Part shown: positions 27,676-43,017 of the stretch, piece after piece
Numbering within the stretch: position 1 is the stretch's first letter
Layout of the letters: every line of letters begins with the position of its first letter
NCBI RefSeq assembly: GCF_009914755.1
Contig: NC_060937.1
Source: the human T2T-CHM13v2.0 reference genome, Homo sapiens
Strand: one strand, 5' to 3'
Length of the DNA stretch: 64,000 nucleotides
Position numbers and translations under genes: made by a program
Notes under the pieces: generated by a model
What the model saw: the letters and a program-made list of their open reading frames with translations, nothing else
What the model was told of the DNA's origin: nothing
The model's database searches: none

Positions 27676-27801
27676 TTAATTTCAAGAAGCAAGGAAAAGA
27701 TAAATTTTAAAAATAAAAGAAAATATTAAAGGTAATGAAAGAAGAAAAAATCACCAATAACCCACAAAACCCTTAAAAGCATAAATTAATATTATTGTAG
27801 G

Positions 27802-28151
<350 letters not shown>

Positions 28152-28995
28152 TTATGTGTGTGTGTGAGGGAGAGAAGGAGAATTTGATGTTTTATATAAA
28201 AACCCTTGAGAATACTAAAAGTATTGAAAAATAATTATACTGTCCTTCAGATTAATGCATAGAACTAGGCTAAGATAAAGTTTATTCAAGGCCTATATTT
28301 TAAATTCATTAATTGTTAACAATGTATAAGTAGCAATATTAGGATAAAAATATTTCCCTATGTTTTAATTAGCGTGATTTTTATAGAATGACAGTCTAAC
28401 ATAAAGCAAGTGCTCAGTAAATTCACCTAGAATAAATAATTAAATGCAAGATTGAATAATAAACCTTCAAAGATTTTGAGTTAAATCTTGCACAAAAGTA
28501 ACTGGAATTTTTTGTGATTGCTATTGGTATATTTTAATCCAGATAATATTATATTAAATGCATCCATATATTTTTAATGTTGTTCATCTCATTTTTTTCT
28601 GTTCTATTTCTCACTCAGTGCATCACTGTTCCATTTCAGCTGCTCTAATAATGAATAAAACACAGTGAAAATTAGCCCTTGGAGGTTTGGCAACCTTAAA
28701 ATATTAAATAAGCAATAAATATTAGGAAGCTGTAATTTTGAAATTTGCCCAGTAACATTTTTGTTTACAGATGTAACAGACAAACCCACAGGCAACTGAA
28801 TTATTTTTTTCATCACTTTTCATTCATATGTATGTGAAGGAGCATTTTATTCTAAAAGTTGCCAATTTTGTCAAAACACTCAACTCATGCATGTTTTGAT
28901 TCCTAAACCCTGTTTTTCTTGCTTTTTTTGTAATGGTATATATATCTCACTACTTCGTATTTATATCTTCTTCTTTAAAAAAGATAAGGCTTATA

Positions 28996-29374
<379 letters not shown>

Positions 29375-29989
29375 TTATTCAATTACAAGGCAATTCCACT
29401 TAAGCCTGCGGAGGAGAACATAGTTCAATTGTTTTCAAATCACCACAAAGTAAATTTTAATATTAAAGGTTGAATCTCTTTGCTTTGCACCTTAATGTAT
29501 GCAAATCAGTCTAATTTCTATATTAATTTGCTCTAAAGGTAAAACTAAACTGAGTCTCAGTAGGAGGATATTTGTATTTCGTAATGGAGAGAATGAAGAA
29601 TCACAATAAATGGGAATTAAAATGTAAGTTCAAAGTAAGTTACAGAATCTCCTTTCAAAAGGTCACATTTCTGGCAGGTCAGTGGAAGAATTAGTTGTTT
29701 GCTATTACTGATAAAAATATATAGACATATATATGTCTATTCTATAACTACTATCCAGTGGTTATTCATCATTACTGGAATTTTTTTTTCTACATACGTG
29801 TAGACATTCTAAAAGACAGAAGATAATACATCTACTTCAGAGCTAGTTTTGATAATTTTTAAAAATATCTTTTTTCAATTTAAAAATGATAATAAAAAAA
29901 TTAAAGTAGCTGGAGGTTCAGGATCCATGCATGATTCTCAAGAATTCTGTGAAATCTTTGAAATTGCATGCACCTTTTTTATGTGTGTA

Positions 29990-30211
29990 CAGTTGATTCT
30001 GGAGCAATGTAGGCTTGAACTGTGCTGGTTTACTTATATGGCAATTTTTTTCAGTAAATACAATCCATACCTGTGCATCCTGTATCCACCACCAATGGAT
30101 GGCTGGAAAATACAGTATTCGTGGGATGTTTATACTGTATGTGGAGCAAGAGTTGGTAAGAGGCAGGCAGACAAACTTGAAACCAATTCCCCACATACTG
30201 GGAGACAACTA
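29990..30211 (+). mobile_element. MER8 (Tigger-family MITE)
   Basis: ta|cagttgattctggagcaa..gaaaatacagtattcgtgggatg..aaaccaattcccc..gacaacta|ta. Confidence 0.8.
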
Positions 30212-33200
30212 TATATGTCCTTGTGTATTTTGGGACAGATAATCTGACACTACCTTTACATTTTCTGTAATCCAAAGTAGTTGACCAATCATAGAACCAT
30301 TGTATTCCCTAAAAATGTAAACAGATAATAAAAGATTTAGATTAAGCAAAATGAAGAGTCACAATGAATTTTCTTTAATGTAGCATGATCACAAATACCA
30401 ATTGCCATAGAAAATTATTGCTGGTGTATTTTATGCATTCAAAAATATTCTATTGATCTATGATTTGTTTTATTATGTTAATGAAAACATAAAAGTGTAG
30501 GCATATTGCATGCGTTGGCTGGTCATTTGGTAGCTATATTTCAAATAAACAAAAGGAGTTCATTTCAAACAGATCAAATAACATGTATTCTTTCCTAGTA
30601 TGCTAATAGAGAGGAGTCAATAAGAGAAATATCTTCAGTTACTACAGAATTGTCAATCTTAGTTTGTTTTTTTTTTCCTTTCAACAAGCCAACAATTGAA
30701 CAATTGAAGATTTCTTTTGACCTTTAAAATATCAATCCATTTCACTGCAGGAGGCAAGAAGAAAGATATTAAGCAGCTTAAGGTTATACACATATACACA
30801 CACATGCTTTGTGTATACACATTACACACATACACATGATCCCCACACATGATTGTTCTAATCTAAAAGCAGTTTTTTTTTTCTATTAAGGTGCAATGTT
30901 CTTTTCCTTTCTCTTCTCTAGGACTGATTCCAAGAACAGAAATTAGCATTTAACAATGGGACAAGTGGAAAGGGAAAATAAATATGACTCATTTTGTTTT
31001 TTGCTCTTAGGCATAAATGCCTTTTCCCCAACTTATTTTGTATGGCTGACTCTTTCTTGCTTGCTTTAAGCTACAGCGAAAGGCTATTTATTTTTAAATT
31101 GACCCATGGTAAAGTTTGGTAACTACTGTCAAACAAACTTGGTCAGGAAACACACTTAGTGGCTATTTTCATCATTCTGTCTCTCTGCTTCCATTTGCCC
31201 TGGAAAGGGAAAGCAAGAAAGATGTTATCCATGCAAATAACAAGTGCATATTAAGAAATCATTGACAAAATGTTATAATCAGAATATGTAATTCTCAATC
31301 TTCAGAAAAATGTTTCTGCCCTGGCCTGAAATTTAAGAAGGAAAAGAATGTGATTATTTATAGTTAATACTTTTGCGTCAATAGTATTCTATTCTAATAT
31401 CAAATATCTAATTTTTAAAAATTGTTTTATCTACATCTGTAATACTCTTTACTTTTGACTTACCTAATGAGTCAGATTAACTTTTTGAGAAAGATATCTT
31501 CTTTCTTTTTAAAAACTTAAGATAATTTCTTTCTAGAAGATAGAATGTGGACTATGAGAGAATGAGGTTCTTGTATGTCACATATGTTTTACTGAATGTT
31601 AATGAATTAAAAAACCAGCTTTTTCCAATATTACAGGTATAAGAAAAAATGTATCAATCAGTTTACCAACAGTTGTAGTGATTCAAAATGACTGCTGACA
31701 ATATTAGATTTTTTCCCTGCAATAATTATGTTACATTAAAATAAGCCAACTGGTGTAATGCTGCTATTAAGCAGAAAATATATTCATAAAATTTGAAGTA
31801 GACATATAAATACAATTATAATGTCCAGAAGCACTGAATGGTAATTCAAATCATACTTTTAAGTTTCAGACATAAACATTTAACACAAAGATGATTAATC
31901 TTGCCAACTCTAGCAAAATTACTTTATTTTTCACTTGGAGAAGCGCTCATTTATATCGCAAAACCATTTGTTCAAAATTTTTGTAGTAGGCTTTTAAGCA
32001 ATTTCTTTTTTTATTTAAGCGTTCTATACAATGGTAAATATGTATCCAATACACTTTGGAAAAGCATAAAATAAAAGTTTTGGGGTTTCTCTTTACTTTA
32101 AAAGGATTAATGTAACCATTTTCCAATAAGCATATTCATAATCTTAGCAATGAACAAAACAGCAAATCCAAAAGGGCTCTTTTGCTTAGGAATAGATGTA
32201 CTGAAACTGGAATCAAATCTGTTCAGTGTGTCAGAATAGAACTCCTAAGCACTTGTGGTAGATTATTGTTTGCTAGATGAAATTTAAGGACTCCATCTGT
32301 GGAGCTTTATTTGCAAATTTTATAACTCAAATTTTGGATGTAATAATGTGAAATATAATAGATGTAGCTGCAAATCACATTACTGCAAATGAAGACAGAC
32401 TATGTGACATGTTTAAAATGTAAGATATTTTTATTTCATAACAATATACTCTAAATAGTATGCTACTGCTTCTTGAAAGATACCATGCCTCATTCATTTT
32501 ATACACTGTAACAGAGTGTAGACACAAATAAACACAAATAAATACTTTTGGTAATGTAAAAAATATGTATAGAAATTAATAAAATATTTTTTCATTTGTT
32601 CAACACCATCACTATTCACAGAAAAACTGGTAGAATAACACAGGTAATTGATTATACTGTTGGTTTGGCAACTGTGTATCTATATTTATCTATCTACATA
32701 AGAAAAACAGAGATATATAGACAGATTAATGTTTTATCTGAATCATCTAGCTCCATGTGTCCACAGCTCTTAGACAAGTAAGGTAATACATTTTACCGGT
32801 AGTTCAGAAGATGCCAAAACACATCATAACAGTGATTAAAATAAGCATACTTAATGCTCACACATTACAGTGATATACATAATGGAACATATTACAATAT
32901 TATGCCACTTCTTTAGGGAGGACTTTTTGGTCTGATTACTTTTATAATGTCCTCTCATAGACCCTTACAGATCCTTTTTCATATCCTTCTTAATTCTTTA
33001 AACTATCTCATCAATATCAGCCTTTCCCACCTTTCCTTACTTCCCATGATAATTAGGATAATATATTGCTCATCAGCTAATGCTCTGATAATTACAATTA
33101 TCTCCTATAATTACACTAGAGCATCATGTAATTATAGACCAAGTATAGTGGAAGCATATAATTAACACAGGAAACATGCTAAGATTTGAAGGATTAAAGT

Positions 33201-33289
33201 CAGTTGTGTACAGACTATTATGGACTAGTTTAAATAAATATTCAAAAAGAGTAAAGACTGCGTTTGCAGTTTTATTTTCTTGTCTTATG

Positions 33290-34180
33290 ATAGGCTTTTT
33301 AATTTTTGCTGACTGATTGATAGACATGTTGTGTCTTGTAATAGAATTTGAGGTATATAGGCTTAGCGTGTGAGAATTTATGGTAAGTTGAATAGGATTT
33401 GGACTGTTTTGATGTTGGTTGTAGGTAGAGGTGCCAGAGCTTCCAATTCCTCTGCTTACTTTTGTCCCTCCTCCTGTCTTTGGATTTCCTATAAACTGCT
33501 GCTCAGAAAGATTCTATGTCTTGTCTTTAACCTATAATCCAATGTTATTATACTGGTGGTAAGGTGTGGGAGAAGAACATTCTGTAACTTTCCAAGTAAA
33601 TTTCAGTTGGTTACTGTGGTTTTCCCAATCTATTTATTTGAACCTCAGTCCTCTGTTGAATGTGTTTTTACCTCCTTACATGTGACAGGTAGGTTGGAGA
33701 GAGTTCAGTGGGAAGGAATCCCCTTTCCCTTGGTACAAGTTTTCTGTAAAGGTTCTTTAGCCTGGAAGGTAGGAATTTTCTGTGGAGAAATTACTCCTCA
33801 CCAGCCAGACCCATGAGGAGATTTTTCTTGAATTCTAACAGTGCAAAGTTTCTAGAAAGAAAGCCCTTAAAAGTGTTGAGGGAGGAGACAATAAGTCTGT
33901 GCCATCTCAGGAGTTTCTCATTTTCACACTTGTCAACAGTCAGCTTCCAGCAATTCTAATGTTCCTAATAGTTTATAATTTCAAACGTTTTTGCTCCAGG
34001 TAGTCAGATCTCAGCTGTGAATCTGGGTTTATCTGCTGTCCAGATTTAGGGCTGATGGTTTGCCCTACAACCTCAGCTCTTTAATGGGCCAAGAAAAGGT
34101 CACAGAATTTTAGTTTGTCCACCTATTTCTTGTCATAAGGAGAGGAGTGATAATATATTTCTGTGTCAGAGCTGCAACTA
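33290..34180 (-). mobile_element. Old L1M (L1M4/MC/MD-type) 5' region
   Basis: ggtttgccctacaacctcagctctttaatggg..aagaaaagg..ttttagtttgtcca resembles L1M 5' ends. Confidence 0.65.
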
Positions 34181-35249
34181 GTACTTTCTGTCAGTATATT
34201 TTAAATTACTTCTTCATTTTTTCCTTAGAGAAAAACATATTTTTATAAAGTTAGTGGATGTTCACTATAAGGTACAATCTTAGTTGTCAAGGGTGGGATG
34301 AAACTCTGTGTACTATTTTACTCTACACCTGATACATACTTAAGTTAGAGAACAGGAACACTTTTTGGACAGCTATTCCGATTGCTAAAAAGGGATCCTG
34401 TTATGTATTGTGACTTCGACATATCAGAACAAATGTAACACCAAGACTGTAAAGAAAGGAAAAAGTGATAAAAATATATCTCTCTGCATACCCCAATTAT
34501 CTGTTATCCTGCTGAGGGTAATTGCACTTTGCATTTCACATGACTATTATTTGGCCCAGAAGAGCTGGTTTGATGCTATGAAACTTGTCTGGGTTATAGT
34601 GTTCTTAGGAAAAAATGGAAAGAGGAATTTTTTAAAGTTCCATTTCCTCCAAGCTATTAAAATCAACATATATCTTTTTGGATAACTTGCCCCACTGCCT
34701 GTGTACTAGTTCTGGGAGTGATAGGAAGGAGAGAGTTCTATGTTTGAAAGGTTATTTAAATTAAGGTGCAGTCATACATTATATGATATTTTCAATGATT
34801 TAAATGTTGTTATTGCTCCTAGGAATAAAATATATTTTTTCCATAGAAAAGTAAATCTTCTGATGAAAGTATAAATCAAGCTTTCTTTAAATATTAAAGA
34901 TCTTGAATTAAGAAGAGATTGTGTGAAAAAATCAGTCTGTATCCTATATCCAACACACATTGTGAATTTGTTAGTACATTTTGAAATAATACATGGTAAA
35001 TATGGTTTTGAAATGGAATCCAAAAAGGCCCTCCCCCAAAAAATACTTACAGTGTTTGTATACATATCCTCATATATAGTATATGTATACATGTGTGACT
35101 GTATGTGTGTTGTGTCAGTAAAGTGAAATATCAACATTTAAGTATGTAAATCACAGGTCATCACAAATAGAGGTAACGTTTGTGATTATTTAAAGCTGCT
35201 GCTTGAAGTGATGTAGCATTGAATGACCAGTAAATGTGGACATAGGGCG

Positions 35250-35560
35250 AGGATGCCAATGAGCAGCCCAGGGGCAAAATGTGCCTTATGAACAATTAGT
35301 TTTTCAAAGCTGTTAATTAGTTTTCCAAACATAAATATCAAAACATTTTAGATAAATAATTCAATGTCCATAATCACCCGTGAAGTAGAAGTTCTGACAA
35401 AAGTACATGCAAATGATTAACTGGACCTGCTTTGTAACTAGCTTTAAAATGGGGAATGTATTCTCCAGGGCATTACCATAATTCCTGTTTTACACATCCA
35501 TTAGGTTTTGCAGTCTCCTCTAAATAACCAAGTTGGTGTACTTTCATATGGAGTGTACCC
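35250..35560. mobile_element. Possible hAT-Charlie fragment
   Basis: gaagttctgacaa..attaactggacctg..ctttaaaatggggaatgtattctccag; weak recall match. Confidence 0.3.
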
Positions 35561-36079
35561 ACACACATTGAAACATCAAGAAGTTTGAACAGATTAAAAG
35601 AGGTACCATATTTTTGCTTCATAGGCACTTAATTTATGTCACCAGGTAATGATATAAATAGTTGAACATAGAAAATGATATACAATAGACTTTTGAAGTG
35701 TTCTTTTACTACCTAGCATTTATCATTGTAATGTCATTACATTATAGTATATTATATAATAGTGTATTTTTGCTATTATGAGCCACATTATTCTTCCTTA
35801 TTTTACTGTACTACGGCATTCATGACTTGTATGCCACACCATATCAAAGTTGTTCTGTATTTCTGACAAAATGAGTGACTTGCTGCGCCTTCTCTGAATA
35901 TACTGTTCTTACCAACTGGACTACTCCAGCATTCATCTTCTCCATAGCTATAAAAATGCTACCCATCAATCAAGAGTTAACCCAAATGTCATATTTTTTG
36001 GAAGCTTTCACAGAAACACCTATTACACTAATTATATCATCTTAAATCTATATTAATTGTATTTTATTTTAATTGCTTG

Positions 36080-36400
36080 GATAATTAACAAAATAAATGA
36101 TTGCATTGCATATTTAAAATGTATGAGTGATACAAAAGAAAGATCAGAGGAAGAGGAATTAAGACATTGGGCCTGGTAGGGAAGGCTGTAATATCGAACA
36201 GTATTGTCAAGATTGAGAGAGTGAAATTTGAACAAAAACTTAAAAGTGTGCAGCAATTAGCTATGCAGATCTGTGGGAAAAGAGTATTCAGGGCAAAAAG
36301 AAGAGATAGAGCAAATGTGCTAAAGTGGGCTTGTGCCTAGTGTATTCCAAATACACTAAATAATTGAGCTAAGTAATTGAGAAGAAAAGAATATTAGGAA
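36080..36400 (-). mobile_element. L2 fragment
   Basis: gtgaaatttgaacaaaaacttaaa..agctatgcagatctgtgggaaaagagtattcagggca. Confidence 0.7.
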
Positions 36401-36999
36401 GTGGCCTTTTCCACGTGGTTTGTCATGATATGCAGAACTTAACATTCTAAGCTCTCACTAAAATATTTACTTGATTAATGCTTTATGCAACAGTGGGCAA
36501 GCCTGGTGACATTGTGAGCTGTAAAGATTTTAGTTTCAGACTTCCTGGATGAAAGCATAGCAGTGTGGTTAGAGGTTCTACCATACCAGCACTCCTTAGC
36601 TTGTTTTTGCAAATAAACTTTTAATTTTAATATGCAAAGCAAATCCTAACATCAAAAAGTCATTATCAAATATTTGCATTAATATTAGCAAAGGAAATAG
36701 TCGCAAATAGAAAACATGATAAAAGATTGAAGTGTGGTATGTGATACAGATATATTTACTGGTTGAAAAAAGTTAAATAGCAACATTGTTTAATTTAAGG
36801 GAAATAAACATTTCACTTTACGCAAGCATGCTTATTTCAAGCATCTATAGATTCACTTTTAAGAATATATCATATGCCAGTTGTTAAACATCTCTTTTTA
36901 TATTAAATCAGTATATTTAACTCTTAAAAGTGCAGATATTTCACATATAGACATATACTGGCTTATGAAAACCTAAATTTCAAAAAGAATTTCACCATT

Positions 37000-37555
37000 T
37001 GTATTAGTTATCTATTGCCATGAAAAAGTTACTCACAAACTCAGTAGCTTAAAGTAACAAACATTTATTAACTCACACTTCCTGTGGGTTTGGTATCTGG
37101 GCACGGCTTTGCTGGGCTTTCTGGCTCGCGTTTTCTCACAAAGTGTCAGCCTGGTAGCAGTCTCATTCTAAGGTTCAACTGAGATAGGATCCACTTCCAA
37201 GGTCACTCAACAGGCTGTTGGCATGATTCAGTCCCTCATGGGTGGTTGGCCTGGAGCCTCATTTCCTCACCTGCTCTTGGTTGAAAGCCTCCCTCAATCT
37301 TTTGACACAAGCTTCACCAGAATGCAGCTCACAACATGGTATCTGTCTTCCCACAGAGTGAAAGTGAGACAGAGAGAAGATGTGTGTTCCAGACAAAAGT
37401 CACAATCTTTTTGTAAGCATATATTGACAGTATGTTATCACTTGAATTGTAAGTAACCAGTTTCAACCCACACCGAAGGGGAGGAGACTGAACCAAGGCA
37501 TGAATAAATAGGAAGGGAGGTTAACTGGGGACCTTCTCAGAGGCTGCTTGTCATA
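37000..37555 (-). mobile_element. MLT1F-like MaLR LTR
   Basis: tgtattagttatctattgc..ggatccacttccaagg..gaaggggaggagact..ggcatgaata..agaggctgcttgtcata. Confidence 0.88.
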
Positions 37556-37699
37556 CTGTACAAAGGAATTCTATGTTCATTCAATTTGAGCTTACTTGCA
37601 AGTGTTCAAGCTTTACAATTGCAACACATTAACATGGTAACCTATATAAAAATATTGCATACAACACACGTGTACATCACATTTTCTGACCATCCATAA

Positions 37700-38420
37700 G
37701 CCCCTTGCAGTCTGATTTTTGTTCTTATCACTTAATTGATTGAAATCACCTCATTGCATATTACCAAAGCTACAGTAATGCCAAACATAATACTGTTTCC
37801 TTAGTAATCAATGCTTATTTCTTGATTGATTTTCCTTTGTCATACCTTCTTTAAAAGCGCTTTTATCTTTTATTCTAGATGCTTTGTTCTCTTGTTTTCT
37901 TTAGAACCTCTGTAATATTATGGTCTTTGTAATATCACACACTGAACGATAAATAGAAAACGTAAATCATTGTAGCTTCACAGAAATCAGCACCATGTGT
38001 AAGATATTTTCAATTCTGGTTAATTTTCCTTTCAATCACCCAGGCTTGAAACTCAATCATTCATAATTCTCTTTCTTACCCCTATATATGATCTGGGTAT
38101 AAATGTAATAATTTGTGTTCAATCATTTCCTACATATTTACATGATATACTGCAATATTTACAAGACATATATTTTTTCCTCCTATACATTACTCATACC
38201 AGTGACTTTTGTAAATTAAACTTCCAAAAGAACCCACCTCTGACTATGAAAAAACTATGAAAAATTTTTCTCATTGGTTCATAATTTCTACAGAATGAAG
38301 CCTAGAATTCCAAGATGACATTAACTATCTATGGGATCTATCTCTGAGATAGAATTTTTTAATTTTTCCCAACTCTACTGTCTTATGTGTCCACATACCC
38401 ATTTAATCAAGAGTTCTCAA
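37700..38420 (+). mobile_element. L2 fragments
   Basis: gcagtctgattttt..tgaaatcacctc..caggcttgaaactc..ctacagaatgaagcctagaattcc. Confidence 0.5.
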
Positions 38421-38804
38421 TGATTTTTTAACTAATGATCTTTATGTTTTTCACAGCAAAATTTAGGGGAGATACAATGAGTTCCCATGTGTCCCTTGTC
38501 CTCACAGGAACAAAACCTCCCCTAATTCCACACTACAGTGGTATATTTGTTACAATCCATGCATCATTATTACTTACAGTCTGCAATTCATGTTAAGGTT
38601 CATTCTTGGTGTTGTATATTCTAGGGTATTGGCAAATGTGTTATGACATGTGTCTGCCATTGTAGAATCATACAGAATAGTTTCACTGCATTAAAAATCC
38701 TCTGCTCTACCCATTCATTCTTCCTTCCCCACACCAAGCCCTTGCTACCACTCATCTTAGTACTGTCTCCATTGTTTTCCTTGTCTAGAATGCAATATAG
38801 TTAT

Positions 38805-38858
38805 TTAGGTTGGTACAAAAGTAATAGCTGTTTTGCCATTACTTTTGCACCAACCTAG
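38805..38858. mobile_element. MADE1 (Hsmar1-derived MITE), internally deleted, 54 bp
   Basis: ttaggttggtacaaaagtaat..attacttttgcaccaacctag, flanked by TA. Confidence 0.93.
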
Positions 38859-40782
38859 TATAATCATCCATTATGAAGTCTTTCCACAAGGATTCTTTCA
38901 CTTAATCATATTCATTTAGATTTCCTCCATGTCTTTACATGGCTCGATAGCTCATTTCTTTTTAATGCTGAATAATGTTCCTTTGTCTGGATATACCAGA
39001 GTTTATTTATTCATTTATTTACTGAAGGACATCAAAGTTGCTTCCAGTTTTGGAAGTTATGAAAAAAGCAGCTATAAAGATTCTTGTGCAGGTTTTTATG
39101 TGGCCATAAGTTTTCAGTTTATTTGGGTAGGTACTAAGGAGCGTGATTGCTGAATTGCATCATAAAACATGTTTCCTTTTCTAAGAAACTGCCAAATTGC
39201 CCTCCAGAATGGCTATACCATTTTGCATTTCCACCAGCAATAAATGACAGTACCTGTTGCTAAACATTCTTGAAATCATTTGGTGGTGTCAGTATTTTGG
39301 ATTTGGGCCATTCTAATGGGTGTAAGGTGGTATTTCATTGTTGTTTTAATTTGCAATTCCTTACTGACATATGACACTGAACAACTTTTCAAAGGCCTAC
39401 TTGCTGTCATTGTACTTTCTTTAGTGAAGTTGGTGTTTAGTTAATTTATCCATTTTTAAATTGGATTATTCATCTTCTTATGCTTGAGTTTCAAGAGTTC
39501 ATTGTATATTTTAAATAACAATGTATGTGTCTTTAGCAAATGTTTTATCAGGTGTGTTTTTTCTGTGGTTTATCTTCTCATTCTCTTAATATTATCTTTA
39601 TCAAAACAATTTTAAAAAATTTAAATGAAGTTCAGCTTAATAATTGTTTAATTTATGAATTGTGCCTTTTGATATTCTAAAAAGTCATCTCCAAACCCAA
39701 GGTCCTCTAGGATTTCTCTTATGATATCTTCTAGGAGTTTTATAGTTTGCATCTTACATTTAGATCTATGATTCACTTTGAGTCATATTTTGTGAAGAAT
39801 GTAGGGTTTATGTCTATGTTCACTTTTTGAATACTAATATCTAGTTGTGCCAGCACTGTTTGTGAGAAAAACTTCTTCTCCATTGTATTGCTTTTCTCTT
39901 TGGTCAAAATTCATTTGTCTACATTTATGTAGGTGTAATTCTATTTTGTTCCATTGATTTGTCTATTACTTTTTTTTACCCAAACCACACTGTCTAGATT
40001 ACCTTAGCTTTATACTGTCTTCAAGTTGGTTAGTGTCAGTCTTCCAACTTTCTTCTCCTACACTATTATATTGGTTATTCTGGGTCTTTTGCCTCTCTAT
40101 GTAAACTTTAAGAACAGTTGGTCAACATCCACAAATTAACTTGCTAGGATTTTGATTTGGATTGAATTGGAACTACAGATCAAGTTGAGAAGAACTGATA
40201 TATTGACAATATTGAATTTTTCTATCCATAAATATGGAATATTTCTCAGTTTACTTAGTTCTTCGATATCTTTCATTGGTTTCAAGTTGTTTTCATATAG
40301 GTCTTGGATATATTTTGTCAGATTTTTACCTAAGATTTCATTTGTTGGGTGCTAACGTAAATAGTAATGTATTTATAATTTTGACTTTCATGTACTCATT
40401 GCTGGTACAAAAGAAAGTGATTAGATTTGTATATTAACTTTGTTTCCTGAAATTTTGCTATAATTGCTTATTAGTTCCAGCAGATTTTTTATATTTTTTA
40501 AGATTTTCTACATAGATAATTTTGTCCTCTGTGAACAAAACAGTTTTATTTCTTCCTTCCCAATATGTATACCTTTCATCTCTATTTCTTATCTACTGCA
40601 TTTACTAGGACTTCCACTACAATCCTGAAATGCAGTAGTGAGGGGGCATCCTTGTCTTCTTCCTGATCTCAGCAAGAAAGCTTCAAATTTCTCACCATTA
40701 AGTAGAATGTTAGCTGTAGGATTTTTGGTAGATGTTCCTCATCAAGCTTAGGCAGTTCCTCTCTATTCCAACTTTGCTGAGA

Positions 40783-40845
40783 ATTTCTATCATAAATGGG
40801 TGTATTTTGTTAAGTGTTTTTACTTTGTCTGTTGATATGATTTTT
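40783..40845 (+). repeat. Local direct duplication C, donor (in-register L1 ORF2 sequence)
   Basis: 7 mismatches in 63 bp against 41574-41636. Confidence 0.85.
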
Positions 40846-41573
40846 TCCCTTCAGGTGCATAATGTGATGTTTTATATTAATTACTTTTCAAACGTTGAAC
40901 CAGACTTGCATATTTGGGATAAATCATACCTGATTGTGGCTATAATTATTTTATACACTGTTGGATATAACTTGCCAATATTTTGTTGAGAATTGTTACA
41001 TGTATATTCATGAGATATATTTTGCTGGTTTTGTTTTCCTGTAATCTGTTTGTCTGGTTTTTGTATTAGGGTAATGCTGTGTTCATACAGTGAATTAGGA
41101 AGTACTTCCTCTGCTTCTATCTGGTGAAATAAATTGTAGAGAAGTGGTATGATTTCTTTTGTAAAATATTTGGTAGAATTTACCAGTGAACTCTTCTGGG
41201 GCTGGTGCTTTGTGTTTTGGAAGGTTATTTTTTGTCAATTTCTTTAATAGATATAGGCCTATTAGATGGTCTATTTCTTTTTGTATGAGTTTTGCAGATT
41301 GTGTCTTCCAAGGAATTGTTTTATCTAGGTTATTAAATTTGTGGGCATGGTTGTTCATAGTATTCTTTAATTATCTTTTGGTGTCCATGGACTTTGTGAT
41401 GATGTTTATTCTTTTGCTAATGATGTTAATAATTTGCACCTCTCTCTTTTCTTATCCTAACTAAAAGCTTATTGATTGTATTGATCTTTTCAAAGAACTA
41501 GCTTTTGGTTTTCCTCATTTTCTTCATTAATTTCCAGTTTCTGATTTCGTTGATTTCTACTCTAATTCTTACC

Positions 41574-41636
41574 ATTTTTATCATAAATGAGTGCATTTTG
41601 TCAAATGCTTTTACTGTGTCTGTTGATATGATTTTT
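41574..41636 (+). repeat. Local direct duplication C, out-of-register copy
   Basis: Interrupts L1 colinearity and is followed by a CT-rich tract. Confidence 0.85.
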
Positions 41637-41734
41637 CTTCCTTCCTCTTCCTCCTCCCCATTCCCCTCGTTCTTCTCCTTCTCCTTTTCCTTCTCCTTCA
41701 CCTTCTTCTTTCTCCTCCTCCTCCTCCTCCTCCT
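41637..41734. repeat. Pyrimidine-rich (CCT/CTT)n simple repeat
   Basis: Direct reading. Confidence 0.9.
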
Positions 41735-41776
41735 GTTAGGTTGGATTTAATTTGCTCTTCTTTTCCTATTTCCCTA

Positions 41777-42181
<405 letters not shown>

Positions 42182-43017
42182 TTACCTTCTAAGCATTGCT
42201 TTTGCTATATTCCATAAATTTTAATAAGTTGTATTTTCATTTAAAATATTTTAAAATTTCTCTTGCAATTTCTTCTTTGACCTATGTGTTACTTATAACG
42301 TGCTGTTTATTCTCCAGGTATTTGGGAATTTCTCAGCTGTCTCTTGGTTCTTGATTTGTATTTTAATTTCACTGTGCTTTGAGAGCAGACATGTATGTTT
42401 TCTATTAAATTAAATTTGTTAAGGTATGTTTCATGGCCCAGAATGTGGTTTATCTTGCTGAATATTCCATGTGAGCTTGAGAAAAATATGAAATGTACTG
42501 TTTTTAATGAGGTATTCTGAATATACATTACAGTCAATCATGTCCTTAGTGATTTTTTTGACTGCTTGAATCTGTCTACTTCTAATATAATAATCATAAA
42601 GTATATGTTTGGCTTTATAGGTAAAGTAGGATTTTGTAAACAACATGTAATTTTATCTTGCTTTTTTATCTACTCTGACATCCTCTTTTAATTGATGAAT
42701 TCAAACCATTAATATTTGAAGTTATTATTGACATACTTGGACTAATATCTACAATATTTATTAATGTTTTCTATTTGTTGACTTTTTTGTCCTTATTTTA
42801 ATCTCTAGACTCTTTCTGCAATTTGTGGTTTTAATTAATTACTTTATACAATTCAATTGTTTTCCTTTCTTAGGATATCATCAATATTTTTTTAATTTGT
42901 TCAGTAGTTGCCCTTTGAGTGTGCAATGTAGATTTACTAATCCAAGTCCACTTTCAAATAACAAATAATATACTACTTCACAGGCAGTGCAAGTATTTTA
43001 TGATAAAATATTCCTTT

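Noticed and set aside
29849-30275. Four overlapping ORFs suggesting a coding exon
   Set aside because: They overlie the MER8 element; no protein family is recognisable.
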